A stretch of 47,359 nt of DNA from a virus (Duplodnaviria > Caudoviricetes): positions 1 to 47,359 of IMG/VR virus record IMGVR_UViG_3300030376_007240. One strand, given 5' to 3'. A model generated the notes under the pieces. The model saw only the letters and a program-made list of their open reading frames with translations. It searched no databases and was not told the origin of the DNA. The translations under genes and the position numbers were made by a program. Shown in pieces: positions 25,711 through 33,952 of the stretch (its first letter is position 1; the number at the start of each line of letters is the position of its first letter).

Positions 25711-26508
25711 ATGACAAATAACAAAGCTAATGGTGCTGTCGCCACAAAGGCAGAAACTTTACCTGCTTCCAAAATGGAAGAGTTGGTAAAACTATCAGGT
25801 TTAGGTTTAGAAACTGTGACTACAGATGATTTACCTACACCAAGACTTAAGCTTCTACAGTCTAATTCTGATGAAGTGACAGAAGGACACGATAAATATG
25901 TAGAGGGCGCAAAAGCAGGTCGTATTTTTAATAGTGCGAGTAATTCTTTTTATGGAGCAGACGGCATTAAAGTAGTGGTTTGTGGCTATACTAAAGAATG
26001 GCCAGAGTGGCAGGAAAGAGGAACAGGATCAAGTGCTCCTGTGAATGTATTCACTCCACAAAATAGACCTATGGATGCTGTCCGTGGTGATGACGGAAAG
26101 TTCCGTTTACCTAATGGAAACTACATAGAAGAAACAGCAAACTTCTATGTTCTTGTTCTTGGGGGCACAACTCCACAACCTGCTATTTTATCTATGTCAA
26201 AGACTGCATTAAAGCACGCAAGAAATTGGGCTTATAGTTTGAAGAATGAATTTATTCAAGACCCCAAAACTAAAAAACTATTCTTAGCTCCTTCTTGGTA
26301 TCGTATCTATACTCTTAAGAGTAGATTAGAAAAAAACGATAAAGGTAATTGGCATGGTTGGGAAATCGTTAAAGAAGAATTTCTTAATGATGAGGCAACC
26401 TTTGACACTGCCTCTTCTTTTAATGAGTCTGTAAGAAAAGGCAAAGTAGTAGCCAAATATGATGAAGAGGGAAGTTCCGAAGGACAAAAAGGCGACATTC
26501 CTTTTTAG
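25711..26508 (+). CDS. Putative single-stranded DNA-binding protein
   Basis: PRLKLLQ..S, KNDKGNWHGW, acidic tail ending DIPF; precedes the primase. Confidence 0.65.
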   Translation: MTNNKANGAVATKAETLPASKMEELVKLSGLGLETVTTDDLPTPRLKLLQSNSDEVTEGHDKYVEGAKAGRIFNSASNSFYGADGIKVVVCGYTKEWPEWQERGTGSSAPVNVFTPQNRPMDAVRGDDGKFRLPNGNYIEETANFYVLVLGGTTPQPAILSMSKTALKHARNWAYSLKNEFIQDPKTKKLFLAPSWYRIYTLKSRLEKNDKGNWHGWEIVKEEFLNDEATFDTASSFNESVRKGKVVAKYDEEGSSEGQKGDIPF

Positions 26509-28074
26509 ATGGAACAAAGGGTCTCAAAATTTAAAGAGATCTTCTCAGGGTTGGGGCGTGCTTATGGTACGTTCCAACCTAAAGAAAGTCTCCGTGAAGA
26601 TAATAAAACTGAAGGGCAAACTTTCATTAGGAAAAATCCTGTGGAAGATTCTCTTTGGGAAGGTCATCTTAAAGGTGAGTGGCCTAGCCTTGGTATCTTT
26701 CCAATTAACGACGAAGACAAATGTCGTTGGGGGTGTATTGATGTAGACGAGTATCCTTTAGACCACGTTTCTATTGCACAGAAAATTGCAAATAAAAATC
26801 TCCCTTTCGTGGTCACGAAATCAAAAAGTGGTGGTGCACACATATTCCTTTTCACTGTTGAATATGTTTCAGCTGGTATTGTTCACCACAAACTAAAAGA
26901 ACTAGCCTCTTTCATGGGACTAGGGCATTGTGAAGTTTTTCCAAAACAAGAAAAATTATTAAGAGAAGGTAATGAAAGCGATTGGGAAGTAGGTAGCTTT
27001 CTTAATATGCCTTATCATAGTGGTCTTGAACACACAGAGAGATATGCCTTTAGTGATAAAGGAAATATTTTAAGCCTTGATGAGTTTATCTCAGAGGTAG
27101 AAAAGAAATCTTTAACCTTAGAAGAACTAAAAAAACTATCTCTAAAAAAAGAAGATTCAGAATTTAAAGATGCTCCTTATTGTATTGATGCTTACCTTAC
27201 TGAGAATGGTAAGGTGCAAAAAGGTAGTAGAGACAACTTCTTATTTCAATATGCTGTATACGCAAAAAAGAAATATGGAGAATCATTTGAGGACGAAGTA
27301 CACAAATTTCATCATGATTACTTTGAAGAGGCTCTACGTCCTAGAGAAATTGAAAAAATTATTAAGCAAGCAGATAAGAAGGATTGGGGATACAAATGTA
27401 AAGACCAACCCATGTGTTCTTTCTGTAATAAATCAAAATGCAGGATAAGAAAATTTGGTATTGGAGATAGCAATGTAATTACTGATGTGGGTAATGTCAC
27501 TCAGTATGGAAACAATGACGACACAATTTATCATATTACAATTAATCAAGAGAGCACAATAGTTTGCACTGTTGAAGAACTGTATGATCAACATAAGTTT
27601 AGAAAAAAATGTTTAGTCAAAACTAAATCTATGCCTGCCGTTTTATCTCGAACAGACTATGACGCCTTCGTGACTTCTTTAGTTTCCAAAGCTATTGAGG
27701 TTAAGACAGATCAAGAGATGACTCCTGAGGGTCAGTTTAAAATTATTTTATCTAAGTATATTTCTAATCAAGCTAACGCAGTTGACCTTGATGACATTCT
27801 CAGTGGGCAGTGTTTCGTGGACGATGAAGAAAACAAAGTGTTCTTTCGTATTGATCAACTACAAGAGTATATGCGAAATAGAAAACATTCAGCTTTGACA
27901 ACTAATCAAGTTGCAGTTTTTATTAGACAACTAGGTGGGGACTGTACGAAAAGAAAATTAAATAATAAACCCGGTCAATTAGTTTGGTTCGTGGACAATG
28001 ATAAGTTTAACTCTGTTGAGAGAATAGAATCAGAAGAAAAAAAAGAAGAAGTTGAGGAGACTATTCCATTTTAG
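26509..28074 (+). CDS. AEP-type primase (prim-pol) with C-terminal domains
   Basis: WGCIDVD, SKSGGAH, EVFPKQ, LNMPY motifs; GSRDNFLF (PriCT-like); Cys cluster C....MC..C....C. Confidence 0.8.
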   Translation: MEQRVSKFKEIFSGLGRAYGTFQPKESLREDNKTEGQTFIRKNPVEDSLWEGHLKGEWPSLGIFPINDEDKCRWGCIDVDEYPLDHVSIAQKIANKNLPFVVTKSKSGGAHIFLFTVEYVSAGIVHHKLKELASFMGLGHCEVFPKQEKLLREGNESDWEVGSFLNMPYHSGLEHTERYAFSDKGNILSLDEFISEVEKKSLTLEELKKLSLKKEDSEFKDAPYCIDAYLTENGKVQKGSRDNFLFQYAVYAKKKYGESFEDEVHKFHHDYFEEALRPREIEKIIKQADKKDWGYKCKDQPMCSFCNKSKCRIRKFGIGDSNVITDVGNVTQYGNNDDTIYHITINQESTIVCTVEELYDQHKFRKKCLVKTKSMPAVLSRTDYDAFVTSLVSKAIEVKTDQEMTPEGQFKIILSKYISNQANAVDLDDILSGQCFVDDEENKVFFRIDQLQEYMRNRKHSALTTNQVAVFIRQLGGDCTKRKLNNKPGQLVWFVDNDKFNSVERIESEEKKEEVEETIPF

Positions 28075-29582
28075 ATAACGTATTCAAAATTATTGGTCCT
28101 CCCGGTACAGGTAAAACGACAACACTACTAAAGTATGTTGAAGATAATTTACAAAAAGGATTGGAGCCTGATCGCATAGGGTATTTTTCTTTTACCAGGA
28201 AAGCTGCTAACGAAGCAATATTTAGAGCAGTGAATAAATTTAAAATAGAGAGAAAAGAACTTAAATGGTTTAGGACACTACACTCTTTAGCTTATCAATA
28301 CTTAGGTTGCACGCACACAGATATAATTCAAGATCACGACTTTGATGAATTTAAAAAAGAATTTGGTATAGACATAGCTCAATCTCTTAACAATAACGGA
28401 GGAACGATAGGAAGAGATCCTGATGGTATACATTTAATTGATTTATATAGGGTTAGAAATACTTCTTTATATGAAGAATTTAAAAAGGCAGGGCACATTC
28501 AAGGAGGTTTTGAAAGATTACAACGTATTGATAAGAACTATCGTATGTTTAAAAAAGAAAAAGGAGTCAAAGATTATACAGATTTAATCTTAGAATTTAA
28601 TAAGACTGAGAGATGTCCTAGATTGGATGTCGTTATTGTTGACGAGGTTCAAGATTTAAAAGCCTCTGAGTGGGATATGGTTCACACTATGATTGGACAA
28701 GCTAAAACTGTTTATTTAGCAGGAGATGATGATCAAGCTATTTATGGTTGGAGTGGAGCTGAAGTTTCTAAGCTAATTGATCTGGACTGCCATTTGCAAG
28801 TTTTGAATCAATCATATAGAATACCAAATAAGATTTTTGTTAGAGCAAACAAATTGATTAATAAAATAAATAAAAGAATTCCTAAAGAATGGAACCCCAA
28901 AAAAGAACAAGGCACCGTATCCACCGCTAACTTTGAAAGACTTAATTTAAGAAAAGATGAGTGGCTTATTTTATGTAGGACTAATTATTATTTAAACGAG
29001 ATAGCCACAGATTTAAAAAGCAAAGGTTATTTATTTGAAAAGAATAATAAATTATCAATCAAAGATGATGTTTTAGTTGCTTACAATTGTTGGAAAAATT
29101 TACAAGAGGGCCACGAAGTATCTCTGTCTGATGTAAAAACTATGTATCAATACATAAGATCAGGAGACAAAGGTATTTCCCGGGGAAAAAAGAAAATGCC
29201 GGGGGCAGATGAAGAGATTAAATATAGCTATGCTACTTTATCTACAGAGTGGGGTTTGAAGGTAGATATGAATACGCCATGGCAACTTGCTCTAAATGGT
29301 ATTGCTGAGAATGAAGTCAATTACATGAGACAGATTTTAAAAAGAGGATACGACTTAGATAAAAGAGCAAGCATAAAACTATCAACAATTCATGGAGCTA
29401 AAGGGGGAGAAAGTCAGAACGTTGTTTTGTTTTCTGATATATCAAAAAGAATTATGGATGAAATGTCTGTCAACAGAGATGATGAGAGAAGAGTTTTTTA
29501 TGTGGGCATGACAAGAGCAAAAGAAAATCTTTATGTTATTCCTTCGACTTCACAATATGAATTTGAGGAGATACTTCGATGA
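28068..29582 (+). CDS. Superfamily 1 (UvrD/Rep-like) helicase; start placed at non-canonical ATT 28068
   Basis: Walker A GPPGTGKT lies upstream of the track's 28161 start; FSFTRKAA, VDEVQD, GDDDQAIY, QSYR, TIHGAKGGE, YVGMTRA. Confidence 0.88.
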   Translation: MLDNVFKIIGPPGTGKTTTLLKYVEDNLQKGLEPDRIGYFSFTRKAANEAIFRAVNKFKIERKELKWFRTLHSLAYQYLGCTHTDIIQDHDFDEFKKEFGIDIAQSLNNNGGTIGRDPDGIHLIDLYRVRNTSLYEEFKKAGHIQGGFERLQRIDKNYRMFKKEKGVKDYTDLILEFNKTERCPRLDVVIVDEVQDLKASEWDMVHTMIGQAKTVYLAGDDDQAIYGWSGAEVSKLIDLDCHLQVLNQSYRIPNKIFVRANKLINKINKRIPKEWNPKKEQGTVSTANFERLNLRKDEWLILCRTNYYLNEIATDLKSKGYLFEKNNKLSIKDDVLVAYNCWKNLQEGHEVSLSDVKTMYQYIRSGDKGISRGKKKMPGADEEIKYSYATLSTEWGLKVDMNTPWQLALNGIAENEVNYMRQILKRGYDLDKRASIKLSTIHGAKGGESQNVVLFSDISKRIMDEMSVNRDDERRVFYVGMTRAKENLYVIPSTSQYEFEEILR

Positions 29583-31459
29583 TATTTGAACAACAAATGG
29601 ATTTGTTAAAGAAAGAAAATAAACCTGAATGGACAAGGCCTAAGTTCCCTGATGTCACTGGCATCAAACAAGTTGCAGTAGATTTAGAAACTTATGACCC
29701 AGAGATTAAAAATCTTGGTGGCGGGTGGGCAACGAACAAAGGTTTTGTTGTAGGTGTCGCTGTTTCTTTTGAAGGTTTCGATGGGTACTTCCCAGTTCGT
29801 CATGAGCGAGGAGGTAATTTTTCTGAGGACGAAGTAAAGAAGTGGTTAAAAAAATTATTCAAAGAAGATCCTATTGTTCTTTGTCATAACGCAGTCTACG
29901 ATTTAGGTTGGCTCCGACGTTGGGGTGTTGATTGTAATGTCACTAAAGTCTATGACACTTTGATTGCAGCTCCTTTGGTAGATGAAAATAGATTCAGTTA
30001 TAGTTTAAATAATTTAGCTAAAGATTATCTAGGAGAAAGAAAGCAAGGAAATATTTTAGATGAGTTTGGTAAAGAGCATGGGTTCAAAGCTATTGAGAAC
30101 ATGCACCTAGTTCCTGTAGAGTATGTCGGTGTGTATGCCGAACAAGATACTAAATTAACTTATAAGTTATGGGAAGTCTTAAGAGTTGAAATACAGAAAC
30201 AAGGGCTCACAGATGTTTTTAATTTAGAAACAGATCTATTACGTTTACTTTTGGAGATGAGATGGAAGGGAGTCCGTGTAGATCTTGACCGGGCTGAAAA
30301 AACAAAAAAGTTTTTCAAGTCAGAGGAAGAAAAAATTTATACCAACATTAAAAACGAGACAGGAATTCAGATAGATGCATCGGATATCTATACAGCTGCT
30401 TCTCTTCAAAAAGTATTTGATAAGCTAGGAGAGAAATATGAATACACTGAAAAGAATAAACAAGCCAAGATTAGTAATGAGGCTATGAAAGAAAGTCTTA
30501 ATCCTTTGATTCAATCAATATCTGTGGCTAGAGAATACAATAAGGCTCACACAACCTTTATTGATTCTATTTTAAAGCATCAAGTCGATGGTAGAATTCA
30601 TGCTGAGATCAATCAGTTGAAAGGGGAGTACGGAGGCACCGTCAGTGGGCGGTTGTCCATGAACAATCCAAACCTACAACAGGTCCCTGCTAGGAACGAA
30701 GCCATTGGTCCTAAGATCAGATCTTTATTTTTGCCTGAGGAGGGAGAAAAGTGGGCATCCCTTGATTATTCGCAACAAGAGCCTAGATTGCTAGTTCACT
30801 ACGCAAAAAAACACGGTTTAGAGGGCGCTGAGACCCTAATTAAGTTCTTTCATGAAGGAAAGGACTTCCATCAAGTAACTGCCGATATGGCCCAAATATC
30901 AAGGAAAGAAGCCAAAACCATAGGTCTAGGCCTTATGTATGGCATGGGAATAGCTAAATTAGCAACTTCTCTAGATATCAGCCCTGATGCGGCTAAAGCA
31001 TTAAAGAAAAAATATAATGATAATGTTCACTTTTTAAATAGCATTATTATCAAAGCTACCCGGTACACAGAACAACAAGGGTATATCAATACACTGCTCG
31101 GAAGAAGATGTCGGTTTGATTTATGGGAGAATAAAGACTTTCATGACAAGAGAATGATGTCTTATGAGAACGCCAAGAAGACTTGGGCGTGGAATGAAAT
31201 GAAAAGAGCAGGTACCTATCGTGCATTGAATAGGTTAATACAAGGTTCAGCAGCAGATCAAACCAAACAAGCCATGGTTAATCTGTGGAAGGATGTAGGG
31301 GTTATTCCTATGATTCAAATACATGACGAGCTCAATGTCTCCATAACCAATGAGACCCAGGTGAAAGAGATTAAAGAGATAATGGAATCTGCTGTTGAAC
31401 TTCATGTGCCTGTTAAATGTGATGCAGAAATAGGCGATAATTGGGGAGAAATAAAATGA
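29579..31459 (+). CDS. polA: Family A DNA polymerase with 3'-5' exonuclease
   Basis: DLET, HNAVYD, YAEQD, GRLS..PNLQ, DYSQQE, AKTIGLGLMYG, IHDE. Confidence 0.95.
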   Translation: MIFEQQMDLLKKENKPEWTRPKFPDVTGIKQVAVDLETYDPEIKNLGGGWATNKGFVVGVAVSFEGFDGYFPVRHERGGNFSEDEVKKWLKKLFKEDPIVLCHNAVYDLGWLRRWGVDCNVTKVYDTLIAAPLVDENRFSYSLNNLAKDYLGERKQGNILDEFGKEHGFKAIENMHLVPVEYVGVYAEQDTKLTYKLWEVLRVEIQKQGLTDVFNLETDLLRLLLEMRWKGVRVDLDRAEKTKKFFKSEEEKIYTNIKNETGIQIDASDIYTAASLQKVFDKLGEKYEYTEKNKQAKISNEAMKESLNPLIQSISVAREYNKAHTTFIDSILKHQVDGRIHAEINQLKGEYGGTVSGRLSMNNPNLQQVPARNEAIGPKIRSLFLPEEGEKWASLDYSQQEPRLLVHYAKKHGLEGAETLIKFFHEGKDFHQVTADMAQISRKEAKTIGLGLMYGMGIAKLATSLDISPDAAKALKKKYNDNVHFLNSIIIKATRYTEQQGYINTLLGRRCRFDLWENKDFHDKRMMSYENAKKTWAWNEMKRAGTYRALNRLIQGSAADQTKQAMVNLWKDVGVIPMIQIHDELNVSITNETQVKEIKEIMESAVELHVPVKCDAEIGDNWGEIK

Positions 31460-31686
31460 GAATATCTTACGACAATGGTGAATTAAATCTATCTTTGACT
31501 AATGAAGAAGTGGAACATATCAGTAGTAATAAAGGTAAAGCCGTAAAAATGGACATCAGTTGGTTGAAAGTTTTACATGAAGATATATCTAAATGTGTTA
31601 TGGCCCACTGGTCCAAGGTTGAAGTGTGGGATGCATTAGAGTCACATCAGAAAACGTTTAATAGCAAATCTAAAAGTAAAAAATAA
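31456..31686 (+). CDS. Hypothetical protein (start moved to the ATGA overlap at 31456)
   Basis: GGAG SD and ATGA overlap with the polymerase stop. Confidence 0.6.
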   Translation: MRISYDNGELNLSLTNEEVEHISSNKGKAVKMDISWLKVLHEDISKCVMAHWSKVEVWDALESHQKTFNSKSKSKK

Positions 31687-31717
31687 ATGTATGTTCTCTA
31701 TTCAATAGGAGAACATT

Positions 31718-31885
31718 ATGATTGAATTACTTAAAAAACTAACAAACTTTATTACACTTGAACATGACTCAGACAAAGCTCTTAAAGAATTTTTAAGAGC
31801 AGAATATAAAAAAGATTGGGAATCAGCTTACGTTTGGTTTTTAGAAGAAGGCTGTTTGCCCCCTTCAACAAGAAGAAATGACTAA
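31718..31885 (+). CDS. 55-aa hypothetical protein
   Basis: Hand translation MIELLKKLTNFITLEHDSDKALKEFLRAEYKKDWESAYVWF...; AGGAG SD. Confidence 0.6.
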   Translation: MIELLKKLTNFITLEHDSDKALKEFLRAEYKKDWESAYVWFLEEGCLPPSTRRND

Positions 31886-32331
31886 GTGTTAGCTACAATT
31901 TCAGAAAGGTGCTCACAGCGCTTCGGTGTCTGTGAATGCCATCTGGAATCCTTCATTTCTTCAGCGGCTTCTTTCCACTTTTTGACTCTCATATTTTTCC
32001 ACATCTTTTTAAATTTTGAAACACCTGTTGTCCCTAGCTGAAACACCATCTCAAGAATTACTTCCCCTACATGTTGAGGTAGCTCGTGACCAATATTATC
32101 TTCAATCAACATATCCGCTCCTGCTGCAGCTCTGTTTAAATCCATTTCAAATATTTCCATAATTTCATCCATAGGTATTTCTACCCCTTCGGCAAATCTT
32201 TCCATTTCATGTGGTTGTACAAGGTGGCCTATGCCCACAGTTTTTTTTCCCAAACTATCTAAATAAACAGATGTGCGCAAACCTTCATGGTCCTGTACTC
32301 TTGACTTTAGTGCGTCAGTAATTTTAATCAT
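31882..32331 (-). CDS. Endolysin, T4-lysozyme-like (GH24)
   Basis: HEG.R..VY.DSLG..TVGIGH catalytic E-D-T, MVFQLG, DSRW..QTPKR; start placed at the ATGA overlap. Confidence 0.9.
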   Translation of the reverse strand: MIKITDALKSRVQDHEGLRTSVYLDSLGKKTVGIGHLVQPHEMERFAEGVEIPMDEIMEIFEMDLNRAAAGADMLIEDNIGHELPQHVGEVILEMVFQLGTTGVSKFKKMWKNMRVKKWKEAAEEMKDSRWHSQTPKRCEHLSEIVANT

Positions 32332-32426
32332 GATCCTATTCCCCAATGTATTGAGTGTTCATCGGGCTTTCCTTTCTGAGATAGAATTTTATCAAATAAC
32401 TTTTTAAGTTTCAATAACATCTTCAT
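32328..32426 (-). CDS. 32-aa peptide
   Basis: Hand translation MKMLLKLKKLFDKILSQKGKPDEHSIHWGIGS; coupled on both sides. Confidence 0.5.
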   Translation of the reverse strand: MKMLLKLKKLFDKILSQKGKPDEHSIHWGIGS

Positions 32427-33952
32427 TACTTTTTAGAGGAAATAATACCGCCATACATTTTCTTATCCATTAATCCACCTTCTGCCACCATGGCTAGGTA
32501 TTGTTGTGCTATGTCTGGTTTGTTTTCAAATCGAATAACTCTTCTTAAAAGTTCATTTTCTTCACCGGGGTCAACAGTATCTCCCACACCTTGCTTTACA
32601 AAGTTTACATAATTGTCAAAGGAATCTGGGTTATCAGAACGAGGAGAAAACTCTCCTATAATTTCATCAACGTTGCCACCATATCTTTCTGTCTTAATAG
32701 CTAAATCATTCTTAGCTGCCAGTATACCTGCCTGTGCATTTGGAAATACTGCAAAGCCCTTGCCATATGTTTCTCCTGTAGTTCCTGCTTGTCCTACATC
32801 CATTAAGTTTACAGGGTTGTTATAAGCAGTGACTTGAGTTCCTTCAGATGACTTAGGTTCTAATATGTCATCTAGAACTAAACTTTTAAAACCACCTTCT
32901 TCCATTGCAGGGTTTTCAAACTGAGTGCCATAAACTAAATCTGAACGGTCATCTATTGTCGAAGCAGCGTAACTTTGTACATTGGAAAAAGGATACCCTT
33001 TGGACCTTTGTTTCGAAGGGTCTACATAAAATTCTTCTTCTCCGCCTCCTGGTGCGTTTGGTCTCAATAATGCTTCAACTTGTGGCGATTCATTTAACTC
33101 ATCTAATAATGCTCTTTGTTGTTCTAAATATTCAGGACTAAATCTATCTAGAGCGGATTGTTTAATTTCTTCAGCTGGAAAAACAGGATCTCTAGTTGGA
33201 AATTCAATGGTAGTTTTAGGAACTGGTAATGAAAGTAAACCTGTGCCAAACAAATCACTTGGTTGTTCATCGAATCCTCCACCCCCTCCTATTGCAGGGA
33301 CACCTGTTGCGTCTTGTGCAGACGCTTCTTGTAAAGCGTCCAATCGTAGACCTAATGCATCTTTTTCAGCTTGTGATTCTAAATTTCTAAAGTTTCTTAA
33401 TTGTTTTACTTTTTCTTGTTGTTCCGCAAAAGTATATCTATTTGGATTGTCTGCTATCTCTTTTTGCACATCGGTAAGACTGTTGTAGGCACCACTAGCT
33501 TTATCTGCAGCATAGTTAGCTACCTCTTTTATAATTCCAAAAATTCCTAAGCTGCCACTCATAGCTTTTTCCCCAAGAGCGCCTATAATTTTTCCTCCTC
33601 TATAGGATACGTCGCTAGCTATCTCACTAAAAGTAGGACCATATTTGAAAGCTAGTTCTTGTTGTTTCTGTGCTAAAGTTTTTCCACCAGGTGTGGCTGC
33701 TTGAAATAAACCTGTTGCGCCTTCCACTGCTTTTGTTTTTGTGGGGTCGTTTTTAAAGGCTTGATATTCATCAGCTTGTGCTTGTCTTCTACGTAATCTA
33801 TCATCAGAAATATCTGGCCTGTTATCAAAATATTTTGAACGAGTTTCCTCTTTTTTTTTAAAGTTTTCTGTTCCCCCTGTAAACCCTCTGAAAGGCTCAG
33901 CTGTTCCTTTTCCTTTATTTAAATTACCTGTAAATCCTTCAAATCGTGCCAT
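32426..33952 (-). CDS. Putative internal virion protein with C-terminal lysozyme-like domain
   Basis: NNPVNL...FAVFP...AG...FSP..DN...Y...IRFEN resembles NNPGN-type virion muramidase-like domains. Confidence 0.55.
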   Translation of the reverse strand: MARFEGFTGNLNKGKGTAEPFRGFTGGTENFKKKEETRSKYFDNRPDISDDRLRRRQAQADEYQAFKNDPTKTKAVEGATGLFQAATPGGKTLAQKQQELAFKYGPTFSEIASDVSYRGGKIIGALGEKAMSGSLGIFGIIKEVANYAADKASGAYNSLTDVQKEIADNPNRYTFAEQQEKVKQLRNFRNLESQAEKDALGLRLDALQEASAQDATGVPAIGGGGGFDEQPSDLFGTGLLSLPVPKTTIEFPTRDPVFPAEEIKQSALDRFSPEYLEQQRALLDELNESPQVEALLRPNAPGGGEEEFYVDPSKQRSKGYPFSNVQSYAASTIDDRSDLVYGTQFENPAMEEGGFKSLVLDDILEPKSSEGTQVTAYNNPVNLMDVGQAGTTGETYGKGFAVFPNAQAGILAAKNDLAIKTERYGGNVDEIIGEFSPRSDNPDSFDNYVNFVKQGVGDTVDPGEENELLRRVIRFENKPDIAQQYLAMVAEGGLMDKKMYGGIISSKK

